Shown: in pieces, positions 38,614-50,688 of the stretch | Position numbering within the stretch: position 1 is the stretch's first letter | Layout of the letters: each line of letters begins with the position of its first letter | DNA from: Octopus vulgaris | Taxonomy: Eukaryota | DNA length: 64,000 bases | NCBI GenBank assembly: GCA_951406725.2 | Contig: OX597833.1 | Coordinates: 32,302,001-32,366,000 of the forward strand | Direction: 5' to 3' | Position numbers and translations under genes: made by a program | Notes under the pieces: model-generated | The model's input: the letters and a program-made list of their open reading frames with translations, nothing else | Told to the model about the DNA's origin: nothing | Databases searched by the model: none

Positions 38614-40871
38614 GAGAGAGAGGGGGATGAGAAAGAAACTTGCATCATCGCCTGGTATTCATTTTTATACAAGTAGACTGGAATATGTAATAAAGTGCTC
38701 AAAGTCAGGAATTGAATCCACAACCTTATGATCCTAAGTCGAACATTCTCGCCTAATGGCCCTTCATCTAATGTACGATAGGATGTGATTTAAGGGAGGG
38801 AGCTTCCTTGTTGGCTATAATAATAATAGTAGTAGTTAATGGTGGTGGTGGGAGTAGGTGATCCTGTTTATTGCTGTTGCTGTTTAGCCCCAGGATAGAT
38901 CTGCTCGAATACAGTAGAATTATGATGAAAGTTATTCCAGCGGTGATACCGAAGTATCTAATTTTTAGCAGACTCTTTACCTAGGGTCACATTAAAATAT
39001 CCTTTCTTTTTTGAGATGGTGTGTGTGATATGAAGAAAATTTGGCTGCTAATTTTAGCAGATCAACGAGGCCTGACTGAAAATCTATGATTAAATGCGTT
39101 ATTCTCATGGCCATCTCATCTTTCTCTCCCAAATATATCTCACCCCCTCCTTTTCAAGATAGTAGGGTGTAATTTTAAAGAAATTTCACTATTATTTCTG
39201 GCAAGGGTACATTGGTCCCTGGAAAGCTCCCGCTTTGGCTCATGTGATAAACACTGTCTGAGCAAGGAATTGAATTCCCGTGTCCTGGATGTCATGTGAA
39301 GATGCTTTCCCCTGTCCTTTCAACGATCTACTTATGTTGTTTGGTACCGAGTCAGTTCTGGGCTTATGCAGTAATTTATGGTTCAAAGCATGAGTTGATC
39401 ATAAACACGTTACCCGTTTTATGATGGCGAATATGGAGAGGATTTGAGGTAAAATTTTTCCACTAATTCTTGTTGATAGAATGCACGTAGATATTTCCTT
39501 ATTGGATCATACTCATACGGTAGCCAGTTGTGGGGAAAGTAGTCGGGAACAGTTTTGTAAGTTAATTGTAAGGGTGTTAATGCTTAGTCAGTTAAAGCGC
39601 GTGCTCCAGTGAATAATGGAGTTCAGTTCACAATTATATGACTTCAATTTCTGGACCGAACGCTGCGTTTTTGAGCAAGATACTTCAGTTCACATTGCTC
39701 CAGTCTACTCAGCTGTAAACGGGTGGTAAGCTCTCTCCCTCTATCCTCTATCTCTAGCTGTCACATACTGGGGATGTTAAGAGAGTTGGGTTCTCAAAGG
39801 TGCTTTGGCACATTGGTGTACTTATAACGTTATGATTAACAGAGCTATGATAAAAGGCATTAAGGCTTTGACCATTGGTTTTAATATCGCTGTTATCTAA
39901 TGTGATTTATCTTGAAAGGCAAAATTTGAGGGGAATTTGATTATTGATTCTAGTTGGTCGAGCGATTACATTGAGATGTTTGAGAAAAAGGTTTGTTCTT
40001 TTTTTGTATGGAATTCACACAGTTTATGTTATTCCATTATTTCATAAGAATAAAAAGCTTTCATTTTCTGGCTACTGCATCGGACCAAGCTGCTACAAAT
40101 ATATATATATACAAGATTCAGGAATCAATGCTTGAGAAAGGAATATAACTTATAAATATGACTATGGCAAGATAGACAACTCAGTAGAAATGTTTTCTTT
40201 CAAGGGACATAACCGATTGAAGAAAAGCTACTTTTCTAAGGCATGGGAGTAATTACGAGGATCCTATATTTCTATTTATTTGCGAATACTGTTTGTAAAA
40301 TCGTTTTAAAATACAGGATGTCCGTAAGTTGTTTTTACAATTTGAAAATTTCAGGAGAAAAAAAAACAAACTCAAGCAGAGTTTATTGTTAATCATAGGC
40401 AAACAAATAAAGTTTTATTAGAAACATCAGAATACTTTCATGTGGACTCAATTTGCTGCACACAACCTGCTGGGTTATCTTCTTTTTTTGTGAATTTCTT
40501 TAAATTGTAAAATAATTTATGGACCCTCCTCTATGTTGTATTCAGGGTACTGAAGTAAAATAAATGTTTCAGCAAAAGTAAAACGTAAAATACAAGCAAA
40601 ATTACTGACAGAACACAAAGTAGTAATGGAACTGTCTTTAAATTCTGTAAATCTGACCAACCAATGTGTTGTGAGTGAATTTGGTAGACAGAAACTGTTT
40701 GGAAGCCCGTCGTATACATTCATACATGCATACATACATACGTACATACATACATACATACACACGTACGTACATACATACGTACATACATACATACATA
40801 CATACATACATGCATACATACATACATACATACATACATACATGCATGCATGCATACATACATACATACAT

Positions 40872-40904
<33 letters not shown>

Positions 40905-41928
40905 TATAATGTAACTGCTAAGCTACGAGAACCTAATAAAACCAACAGTAGTTGTCTAGTGGTGCGGAGAGGAACACGCGCGCGCGCACACACACACACC
41001 ATTAAAATAAATACCAAACTTTAGAATAAATAAAAGTTCTGGAGTCAATTTGTTCGACTACATCCTGTAAGGCGATGCCCCAGCATGGCTGCAGTTCAGT
41101 GTCAGAAATAGTTAAAAGATAAAAGATGCCGTTTCTCTTTTAAAGAAAGGACATTTAAATAATGTAGTTTTCGATACAGATAAAGATATGTTTATGGCTA
41201 GAATACCTTTGATAGCAACGTTTGCTAAATCAAAAAAATCTAGGATTAAACAATATGAACACCAACAGTGGATATCTTTTCATCAGTTAATTTAATGAAT
41301 ACAAAATCAGAAGGACTGCTTCTCAAAAAAGTAAATCTATTTCAGTGCTTTCCCCGCTTTTCATAGCGCGGTGTCCCTTTTCATGGAATGATAGAAAAGT
41401 TTTGCGAGGCGGGAATGGAGAGGAATGGTCAGTATATTTTTCAAACAGGAGCTTTTTTTCAAACGATATAGAAGCTATCTCGTAGGCACACAGACTGCTC
41501 TTTCCTTTTCTTCTCTTATTCAAAATCTTTTAGTAGGTTATGATATGTAGTTTGTGCCTGATGGATATGTCTGAGGTATTTCTCAACATATGAAACTATT
41601 AGTAGTACTTAAAGACATGTATTATGTCCCTTAAATAATACTTATCTCTCACCAGATGGATACTTCTTTTGATGATCTTTCTATCACAGAACAGTACATT
41701 ATATATAGGGTAAACAAGAGAGACAGAGACAGCCAGAAACAAAGAAAATGCCACATGTATCTGAACACTATACAAATATTCTTTTAAAAAAATGTTCTTT
41801 TAATTTTTCTAAATTCAATTAATTGTTACAGTTGAAAAAGTCACAATGACTGAAACCGGTAATGAAATGTTTTTTATAACATTATTTTAGCATTTTCTAT
41901 CTTGACTTTTTTTCCATATATATATATA

Positions 41929-42738
41929 CTAGCAGTATAACCCGGCCTTGCCCGGGATTAATTTACGCCTATTAAGCTAGTCAAGTTCTTTATTTCAAAC
42001 CAAACTAAGTAATATCGACTCTCAACAAAGCACTTTTTTACTCGGCGTAAACTAAAAACAAAACTCTTTCGCACCCAAAGTATGTGTGTGAGAGAGAGGG
42101 GGAGAAAGATGAACGATTTATAATAAATAAATGATTTAAAATGAATATATTGTAATTGTTGTGTGAGGCAGTATATATACTATGATTATAAAATATAGTG
42201 TCTTTCAAAAACATCTTGAATTTGAACACTATATCTCGTGTTTAAAAAAACACAAAACATTTTTTTATGAACGTCGTCACTTACTCTCTCTCCCTCTCTC
42301 TATCTCTCACTTTGTCTTCCCCCTTTTTTTTGGACGCCGTGAAACTCTCTTCCACTTTTCCTTATCTTATTTTTTTTGTTAGACGCCGTCAAAAAGCTAA
42401 GGCTGAAAATAGATTTTTATGAACGTCGTCACTTACTCTCTCTCTCTCCCTCTCTCACTTTGTCTTTCCCGTGAAACTCTCTGCCCCTCTTCCACTTTTC
42501 TTTATTTTATTTTTTTTTTCTTAGACTCCCTCAAAAAGCTATGGCTGGTATTTTTTTATGGCTAAAAGCTATGGCTGAAAATCGAATTTTACCGCAATCC
42601 GCGGGAGCTTCGGGGAAAAAATGTTGACAAAACCCAGATAGGTTGTTGACGAATGTCCTCCTAAAATTTGAGCGACATGCGTGCTAATTTGTGGATGTGC
42701 AAATAACTACAATCACGTACACACACACACACACACAC
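41929..42738 (-). mobile_element. Non-autonomous Helitron-like element(s), 3' end at 41929
   Basis: Minus strand ends CCCGGGCAAGGCCGGGTTATACTGCTAG|T and shares the 3' end of 861-951. Internal ~150-bp duplication at 42263 / 42415. Confidence 0.65.
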
Positions 42739-43370
42739 GATAACATTAATTCTGTTATTATCCAGTGCAACTATTTTAAAAAATGATAACAGATCAATAA
42801 AATAGGCGATTGCAGGCTCCCAAAAAGCATTAAACAGCAGAAGGATTAAGATTAATCAAAGGACATATTAAGTATGTCTATCTGCTGGAAATAACAGCCA
42901 AAACTCATTTAAATAACCAAAATACATTGATGATAACTACAGAAATTAGCCGAAGGTAAATCAGGTTAACACAATCTCCCAACGTACATTTCAGTGTTTG
43001 GATTCACGTGGACCGGTTTCTGCACTGGCAAAAATAGCCTCCGCTTCCTCAGAACGAGTTACCATAATAGAGACTCCCAACCTGTCGTTTTAAAGTCAGC
43101 GCTGCAACTGATTCGTTTTGCGCCGAAATCATGGTAGCCACCAGTGTGAAAATAATCTCGATACGGGGAGATTCACGAGAAAAAATATTCATGAAAAATT
43201 TACTTGCGAAGATAACATTAATTCTGTTATTATCCAGTGCAACTATTTAAAACAATAATAACAGAATCAATAAAATAGGCGATTGCAGCCCTCCCCCAGA
43301 AGCATTAAATAGCTGAAGGATTAAAATTAATCAAAGACATACTAGGTATGTCTACCTGCTAGCAATAACA
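42739..43370 (-). mobile_element. Direct-repeat element (42739-42896 / 43211-43370) with internal HHR, retrozyme/pLTR-like
   Basis: ~160-bp repeats at 472-bp period. HHR at 43007-43056. Confidence 0.7.
43007..43056 (-). ncRNA. Type I hammerhead ribozyme with palindromic stem III, slightly degenerate
   Basis: CGTt-CTGAGGA-aGC..GGC(TATTTTT)GCC..GCa-GAA-ACCGGT-C-cACG, GUC triplet. Mismatches at the junction pairs of stems I and II. Confidence 0.65.
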
Positions 43371-43815
43371 AAAAAAATTTTCCGGGACGTCCTACGTCCC
43401 AGATATAAAGGTAAAAATAAAATATTTTCACTTTGCAAGTTCGAGTCGAGTACTCCCTTGCACGCTCCGTTGACTCGAACCTTGCTTCTATTGTGGCGAA
43501 TTTACCGCCTCTGATTAGGTACCTTTCATAGTCGCACAAGACACTTCTCAAAGGTGCTTTCCTCCATGTTGTTTTATTATTACCCACAAGGGGCGAACAA
43601 AGATGGTACTATACAATCTGATGATGGGGTCAGACACACGAATGGGTTTTTACAATAAAACGAATTTAAAAATTTTCATGAAATTACAATAAATGGACAG
43701 AAATCGAATGATGTAACAGACCGGAAGACATTACGGGTGGAGTGGGTGCGGATTTAGCTCGGACCCCACGAGCTCCGCCTCCCCACTGATACTTTTGGTT
43801 TCGTTTGGTTTACAT

Positions 43816-46800
43816 TTATGTTGTATCTTTCACTCGCAACTTTCGTGCTACATCTTTCCATCGTTCTTCATACACTCTCCTAGTCAGGCATATTCTCTCC
43901 AGCCCTATCTTCCTTTTCAGGTGAAAGATGAAATAATTCATCAAACCAGGGCCGGAGATGAACTTGCCTGACTGTAGACCTTTCATTCTCGTCTTCCATA
44001 TCACCTCTTTCGCAATTGCTACTACAACGAGAAAACAAAACTTACCTTCTTTCGCGAGGAAATCCGGTGGGTCAATTTTTGTAATCGACTCAGTCGACAG
44101 CTGTACTCTTCGTGTACCTGACAACAGCTGTTCGGCATAAACCCACACCTCAGACACGTCCGGACAATGAACAATAGCGTGCGGGACGGTTTCCCTATCC
44201 CGCCCGCATCTTGGACATATCGGACTGTCTTGGCCACCGTGCCTTGCGAGTTTATCCCGAACAGGTAGAGCTCCTCTGTAACATTGCCATGCTAGGGACT
44301 TCTGGAAGTTGTCCAGTGTCTTCGGCTTGAACGTACGTCGGAACAGACTGGCCAGCTGATTTTCGTCGAGACCTAGGGCTCCTCCCAAGGTATCTTCACA
44401 TTCCGCCTCTACCAACCCTCTATAGAAGAATGTGGTGGAACCCCCACCGCAGGCGTTACCCGAGCGACGGAATAGCAGGAGAGCCTTGCGACACTCCGTG
44501 TACCAAGTACCAAGTTTCGATCTACGATTCAGCCAGGTTTCCCATCCACCGAAACTAGTGAACTTGGGAAACATCAGTTTTGCTAGCGAAGACCACACCC
44601 GTTCACCACCCAGATAGAGCCACAGATGTCTTAACCTCAGCGCATGTCTGCGCATCATCAGCCAAGGCATCCCTAGCCCACCCTTTAACGGTTGTTGACA
44701 GCAAGTAGAGCGTTTCACAAGTGGTTTCCGGCCCTTCCACAAGAAGTAGAAGAGCTGTCTTTCCAACTTGATCAACCACGAATCAGGGCAAGGAACGACG
44801 GAAAGGCGGTAGGTGATAACCGATGCGATAAACACATTGGCCACCTCCGCCCTCCCTTTCAGGGATAGCCACCGCCAAGACCAGGTCTTGGCTACTGCAG
44901 CCACCTTGCTCGTTACCTCGCCCCAATTCTTCTCTATTTGGAGGTCTGGACCGAACCAGACCCCTAGCAATTTAATCGGACCCTCCGTCCAACGTCCCAC
45001 GACGCTGTCAGGAGGCATCGACTTGCCTCTCCAGGTGCCGAGTTGCAAGCCGACTGACTTTTCGCGATTAACTTTTGCTCCTGTCACCGTCTCGTAAACC
45101 TCTATGGCCTTGCCTACTTTACATAGGTGGTCCATTTCGGTTACGATGATGGTGATGTCATCCGCGTACGCTGACACTGATTTTCCATTACCTGGCTGTC
45201 TCGGGATGCCGCTCAGTTTTCGCAGTAATGGCTCTAGAGCCATCACGTACAAAAGCGGGGAGAGCGGACACCCTTGACGAACCGAGCGTTTGATTTTGAA
45301 CGGCTTCGACAAGAAGCCGTTCACCCGAACTACCGAGTCGATGTTATCATAAATTTGGATAATCCACCTGAGGAAGCCAAGGCTCAGCCCGAACTGTGCC
45401 AGGGCAGATACCAGGTAACGATGGTCGACCCTATCAAAGGCTTTAGATTGGTCTAAATGGACCAGTGCCCCACCCTTGCCAGAATCACTATTAAACCCCT
45501 CTATAGTGTACCGCATTAGATGGAGATTATCCTGAATGGATCTGCCCGGAACTGCACATGTCTGTGCCCCTCCGATCAGACCATCCGCGACACGCGCCAA
45601 TCTTTTCGATAACACTTTGGCCAAAATCTTCAACTTTGTGTTTAGCAGAGTGATGGGCCTGAAATTATCAATGCACTCCCCCTTGCTCGGGTCCTTTCTG
45701 ACGAGAGTCACTACTCCCCGGCGCACAGATCTGGGTATAAGCCCGTTCTGCTGCCAGTTCGCATAGACCTCCGCCAGTAGGTGCCCGAACAAGTCTGGCA
45801 TACTCTTATATAACTCATAGGGTAGACCATCCAAACCCGGCGCCTTGCCCGCGCCGCAGTCCGCCATTGCCTCAACCACCTCCTCAGGCGTGATTGGCCC
45901 TTCACAGCCCTCCGCATCTCGCCCCGATAAGCGCGGCAGCCCGTCGAGTAGGTCCGTAAAGGCCCCCCTCCTATCCAGTCCGCCGCACTCACCGAAAAGC
46001 TGAGCGAAGTGCTCCTGAAAGGCCTCACGCATCTCCTTGGGCTCGTTTATCAACTCACTTTGTTGGTTCGTCAAAGATCGAATCGTGGCATCGTTACCAT
46101 GCTGTGCTTCCACCACTCGGGCCCATCTCACGGCGTTGATTCCTTCACATCCCATATGGCGGATTCTAGCCCTGACAATGCAGCCCATGTGTTTGGCCTC
46201 GAGGTGCTGGTTTAACACCAGTCTCTTGGACGCCACCTGAGCCGCAGAGCCAGTTTTCATGGCTTCCTCTAATTCCTTAACTAGAGTAGTTTCCCTTCTA
46301 GCCTCTCTAGCCACTACTCCTATGCTATATCTAATAGACTCAAACTTGATGGCTCGTTTGAGGGCGTACCACCATTTGTTATTAATGATGGTACCAGATA
46401 GTGCCCTCTGAATTATATCCCTAATCCGGTCTTTGTACTCCTTAATCGCCAAAAGGGACGTATTAAGTTTCCAGTAACCGGATCCTCTATTTTTAACCTT
46501 ATCTATGTCAAGCTTACAAGTGACCATTTTATGATCACTGTAGCTGATCGGGTAAAACTGTGGACACTTAGCTATTTTACTGTCTACTTTTCTAATTAGT
46601 ATTCTATCTAAATATGACCTGGAAGATCCGTCGCTGTTTGACCATGTCCACAATGGAGCGTTCGGAAATTCCAGCCTATAAGGATCTACTAGCTCAAAGC
46701 GGCTTAGCAGTTCCATGAAGCCACTGTTACCTTTTCTATCTGGACGCGAGCCAACACAATCTACATCCGCTTTGCAAATTGTGTTAAAGTCTCCTAGCAC

Positions 46801-47211
46801 AACTAATGAATGCGAAGTACCAAGAAAGTTTTCTAGTTCACGAAAATAATCACTTTGCCCTGTATGGTTGGGTGCGTAAATTGCAACCAGTCTGATAACT
46901 TTACCATTACTGAACGTCAAATCCATGACGACCAGCCTACCTTCTGGATCTGCAAAAATTAACTTTTTCTCAGAAACCCGGTTTCTTTTTATTAGGACCA
47001 ACACCCCACTTCCGCCAGTAGGACTGCCAGGAGAGAAAAAACTCTCGTAGCCGTCAAACAGCGGGAGTAGACCTCTTGGCCCCTCTAACCGGGTTTCTGT
47101 AGCAACAATAACATCTAAATTACGCGACATGATATCATGCAGGAAGCAACCTTGCTTCCAGCCTGCTCCCAGGCCGCGCACATTCAAACAACCAACATAA
47201 ATGTAATCCAT
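43816..47211 (-). CDS. LINE ORF2: APE endonuclease + reverse transcriptase + C-terminal CCHC, 1131 aa, uninterrupted
   Basis: Motifs LNVRGL, GDFN, YLDRI, SDH, GYWKLN, APGLDGL, FRPITLLN, DQSKAFDRVDH, RQGCPLSP, YADD and CPRC...H....C. Confidence 0.95.
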   Translation of the reverse strand: MDYIYVGCLNVRGLGAGWKQGCFLHDIMSRNLDVIVATETRLEGPRGLLPLFDGYESFFSPGSPTGGSGVLVLIKRNRVSEKKLIFADPEGRLVVMDLTFSNGKVIRLVAIYAPNHTGQSDYFRELENFLGTSHSLVVLGDFNTICKADVDCVGSRPDRKGNSGFMELLSRFELVDPYRLEFPNAPLWTWSNSDGSSRSYLDRILIRKVDSKIAKCPQFYPISYSDHKMVTCKLDIDKVKNRGSGYWKLNTSLLAIKEYKDRIRDIIQRALSGTIINNKWWYALKRAIKFESIRYSIGVVAREARRETTLVKELEEAMKTGSAAQVASKRLVLNQHLEAKHMGCIVRARIRHMGCEGINAVRWARVVEAQHGNDATIRSLTNQQSELINEPKEMREAFQEHFAQLFGECGGLDRRGAFTDLLDGLPRLSGRDAEGCEGPITPEEVVEAMADCGAGKAPGLDGLPYELYKSMPDLFGHLLAEVYANWQQNGLIPRSVRRGVVTLVRKDPSKGECIDNFRPITLLNTKLKILAKVLSKRLARVADGLIGGAQTCAVPGRSIQDNLHLMRYTIEGFNSDSGKGGALVHLDQSKAFDRVDHRYLVSALAQFGLSLGFLRWIIQIYDNIDSVVRVNGFLSKPFKIKRSVRQGCPLSPLLYVMALEPLLRKLSGIPRQPGNGKSVSAYADDITIIVTEMDHLCKVGKAIEVYETVTGAKVNREKSVGLQLGTWRGKSMPPDSVVGRWTEGPIKLLGVWFGPDLQIEKNWGEVTSKVAAVAKTWSWRWLSLKGRAEVANVFIASVITYRLSVVPCPDSWLIKLERQLFYFLWKGRKPLVKRSTCCQQPLKGGLGMPWLMMRRHALRLRHLWLYLGGERVWSSLAKLMFPKFTSFGGWETWLNRRSKLGTWYTECRKALLLFRRSGNACGGGSTTFFYRGLVEAECEDTLGGALGLDENQLASLFRRTFKPKTLDNFQKSLAWQCYRGALPVRDKLARHGGQDSPICPRCGRDRETVPHAIVHCPDVSEVWVYAEQLLSGTRRVQLSTESITKIDPPDFLAKEGKFCFLVVVAIAKEVIWKTRMKGLQSGKFISGPGLMNYFIFHLKRKIGLERICLTRRVYEERWKDVARKLRVKDTT

Positions 47212-47220
47212 TACTTACCT

Positions 47221-48378
47221 TTATATCAGTGGTTCGGTTTTCTCTCGTTCTTCCAACTCTTTTTCTGGGCCTCGTGGGGGAGTCTGACGTAGGCCCTCGA
47301 ATATATGTGGAGATGTCACCTCCAATCTAAGTGGGCCTACGTCGTGGAAGAAGTCGGATTTTATCCGCCCGTAATCCTTCCGGCCTATTCTGTAGATCAC
47401 AAAGTTATTTTTCTCTTCCACTTTCTCTACCTTGGCCATAGCAGCCAACACGTTTCCTAGTCTGCTATTCCCTGCCTTTACGGCCATATATGAGTCCATT
47501 GTCTCTCTCATCTTTTTTAAAATTATTCTGGGAGGGGTGGTATCCGTTTTTCTTTTTTTTTTTTTTCCGGTAATTTTTTTCCACCCCTCCTCATTTATCT
47601 TTTCCTCGCTCTTGTTCTCCTCCGCCGCTGGTTCTGCTGTCACCGTCACCTCCACACCTTCGGTCTTCCCTTCTGGGCCGTCCGACGTTGCTTCTGGTGT
47701 CACTTCTTTTTCTCTTGGCTTCGGTGCTACCTGCGGTTTGGGTTGGGGTTGGCATTCCGCCCTTACATGACCCTTCTTGCCGCAGCCGAAGCACCTCGGC
47801 CTCCTGCCCTCCACGAAAACAGTTATTTTTTCCTCTTCGCTAATTTTTACTGTTTCTGGAATTTCTTCCAGTGTTTGTGTCTCCGCCTGAATGGCTATCA
47901 CTATCTTTTGTCCTTTCCAGAACTCCTCTTCTTCCACTGTGGCCTGGAGGATGTTTATTTTTTCCTCCAGGCCTACCATCACTGCTGCCACCAGACATTC
48001 TGCATCTGCCTCTGGGGGAATGTTATTCATTGTAATTTTTGATGTCCGCTTTCCTCTGTATAATGGTAATAGAACGATGTTTTCTGCTTTGAAAGTCTCC
48101 ATTGATAGTTTTTTTGCTATCTCTTCAGAGGTAAAACGCACCTCCACTGTGCCGTATTTTTTACCTCTGTTTATATATGTTATTTTGTCCATTATTGGTT
48201 TCAAACATAACTCTATTTTTTTCTCCTCGATTTTCTGAATCATTCTTGTAGCTGTGTTGTACGTTTTGTAAATAATTCTTTTCCTCTCTATATCTCCATG
48301 TTTCTGTACGTCTGCGACCACAGTCACTTCCGTGCCCTCTTTCTTTACACTGTCTGCGAATTTTTCTAGATTTTCCAC
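47221..48378 (-). CDS. LINE ORF1 (gag-like, CCHC zinc knuckle); true start probably upstream near 48595 across frameshifts
   Basis: Zinc knuckle CFGCGKKGHVRAEC. The upstream 66-aa ORF (48404-48604) can be joined by single-base indels in homopolymer runs. Confidence 0.85.
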   Translation of the reverse strand: MENLEKFADSVKKEGTEVTVVADVQKHGDIERKRIIYKTYNTATRMIQKIEEKKIELCLKPIMDKITYINRGKKYGTVEVRFTSEEIAKKLSMETFKAENIVLLPLYRGKRTSKITMNNIPPEADAECLVAAVMVGLEEKINILQATVEEEEFWKGQKIVIAIQAETQTLEEIPETVKISEEEKITVFVEGRRPRCFGCGKKGHVRAECQPQPKPQVAPKPREKEVTPEATSDGPEGKTEGVEVTVTAEPAAEENKSEEKINEEGWKKITGKKKKRKTDTTPPRIILKKMRETMDSYMAVKAGNSRLGNVLAAMAKVEKVEEKNNFVIYRIGRKDYGRIKSDFFHDVGPLRLEVTSPHIFEGLRQTPPRGPEKELEEREKTEPLI

Positions 48379-49089
48379 GTTTATTGATTTAATTTTTTTC
48401 CAGCTACTTCAGCGAATTTTTTCGCTGGAGTTGATGCTGGTATTGATTTTCTATTTTTTGGGGCGACGCCGCTTCCTTTTTCTTCGGCGATAACGCCTCT
48501 TTTTTTCTTGGCGACAACGCCTCTTTTTTTCCTGATGTCAACGCCGGGTATTCGTCCTCGCTCGTCACGGGCGAATAGGAGATGGGGGACTCCATCTTAA
48601 ACAAATGGCTTTAACAAGCCTTTGGAGATTCCAAAATAATTGTAGTTTTCCCCCACGGAGGGGGGAACACCAACGCGAAGTCCTCGCGCGAAGGCTGACT
48701 TCTTCAGTTAAACAACAGTAAACAAACAGGTATACAGAAAATATAGAAAAACAGAGATAATACTATGAGAGCAAAATATATAACTTACTAACAGACGCAA
48801 AAATAGCTTTCCTCCATGTGTTCAAATCTTTTTTCTCTACATTGTATACTTTATAGACAATAGTCGTTTCTTTAATTTAATTTTTTATTATCCATCTGGA
48901 CTATTCCATTTCTGCACGTTAATTTTATTTTTAATCTATTCCCATTCATGTGAAACCACTTATTCAAGTTCAAATCATTGATGCAATTTTATACCAATTG
49001 CTATTTTTACTTTTGTTATGTTACTTTAGTTTGATTTTAATTATTACTTACTACATATAATTCAATTGTTATTATTATTTCTATTGTTA

Positions 49090-49374
49090 AAGTGAAAGTA
49101 TCTGACATAAAATAGAGAAACGTTTTTGTTACACTTTTAACACGTAATACTGAAATAGTGGAGAAGATATATTTTTTTACCCATGAAACTACATGGACCC
49201 TAAGTAAGGCATGTGTAAAATTTGAATGGAATTGGTTGTGTAGTTCTCAAGTTTTAGGGAATCGTAGTGGAGAAGATATGATATTGCTGTGGGCTCGCCT
49301 TAGGCAAAAAGTTCAAATTTTAGGGAAACACACAGACAGACAGACACACATTCTCAGTTTTATATATATAAAGA
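49090..49374 (-). mobile_element. Helitron-like 5' end
   Basis: A|TCTTTATATATATAAAACTGAGAATGTGTGTCTGTCTG, same style as the 5' ends at 26014 and 24037. Confidence 0.6.
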
Positions 49375-49476
49375 TATATACACACACACACACATATACG
49401 CACACACATACATGCATACATACATGCATACATACATACATACATACATACATACATACATACATGCACGCATGCA

Positions 49477-49507
<31 letters not shown>

Positions 49508-49584
49508 GAAAAACTTTAGAGGGACTGGTACCTAATCTCGGCATTGAGTGTTATTCAAAAATGCCAGAACTGGCCACCATTGTA

Positions 49585-49770
49585 TTACTCTTTTACTCTT
49601 TTACTTGTTTCAGCCATTTGACTGTGGCCATGCTGAGGCACCGCCTTTAGTCGAGCAAATCGATCCCAAGACTTATTCTTTGCAAACCTAGTACTTATTC
49701 TATCTGTCTCTTTTGCCGAACCGCTAAGTTACGGTTGTCAAGCGATGTTGGGGGGACAAATACAGACACA

Positions 49771-49852
<82 letters not shown>

Positions 49853-50023
49853 TATATACGACGGGCTTCTCTCAGTTTCCGTCTACCAAATCCACTCACA
49901 AGGCTTTGGTCGGCCCGAGACTATAGTGGAAGACACTTGCCCAAGGTGCCATGCAGTGGGACTGAACTTGGAACCATATGGTTCGTAAGTAAGCTACTTA
50001 CCACACAGCCACACCCACGCCTA
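49585..50023 (-). mobile_element. SINE family 1 copy
   Basis: Matches 10917-11313. Confidence 0.88.
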
Positions 50024-50024
50024 T

Positions 50025-50330
50025 ATTGTACCAAAAGTATTGTGCAAAAAGTAGTATCCACTCCATCTAAATTCAGGACAAGGTACTGTAACAGTCTAGG
50101 GTTCAAAGACCCACAGCTCTTCAATGCTCTGCCACAAAAATGAAGAAACCTGCATTAGGCTGAAGTAGATGTCATCAAAAGGAACTAAACATCCTCCTCT
50201 CCACAATACCGGATGAACTAACAGCTCGACATGTGGTAGAGACGAGGGAGCGGAATGAAGCTTCCTTATACACCAAATGAGCCAACAGCTGCGACAAAGG
50301 CACATTCAGGAGTGGTGATGTGAAACGCCC
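50025..50330 (+). mobile_element. CR1/L2-like LINE ORF2 C-terminal relic
   Basis: Encodes TRYCNSLGFKDPQLFNALP...IPDE, a typical C-terminal pattern. Confidence 0.55.
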
Positions 50331-50430
50331 AAGACTGAGGAAATCAGAAAGCCCATTGTGGTGCTCCAGAATAACCGCAGCCGCATGGTTGAATCGAGTA
50401 AAAGGAATAAAAGAATATATGTATATATAT

Positions 50431-50511
<81 letters not shown>

Positions 50512-50619
50512 CAGAGGAATATGGTACTTAAGTTGAGGCACCAGAATTTAGTATGGTATTATGAATTTAGTACGGTGTATACTGGATTGCCTCATGCTTA
50601 TATATTTAATCTAGGTGTA

Positions 50620-50688
50620 CCTGCTGATGAAGACTTCGCCTAGCAAATAGTTTTATTTGCTAAAAAAAATCTGAAACTATGGTCCAGG
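50620..50688 (+). ncRNA. Type I hammerhead ribozyme with extended stem II
   Basis: CCTG-CTGATGA-AGA..TAGCAAATA(GTTT)TATTTGCTA..TCT-GAA-ACTATGGT-C-CAGG. Canonical core and GUC triplet; predicted cut after 50684. Confidence 0.85.

Larger units (their letters stand above)
43570..48805 (-). mobile_element. Full-length Tx1/L1-clade LINE with 14-bp target site duplication
   Basis: GCTTTCCTCCATGT at 43556-43569 and 48806-48819. Two ORFs and an A-rich 3' end (TAATAATAAAACA). Confidence 0.92.
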
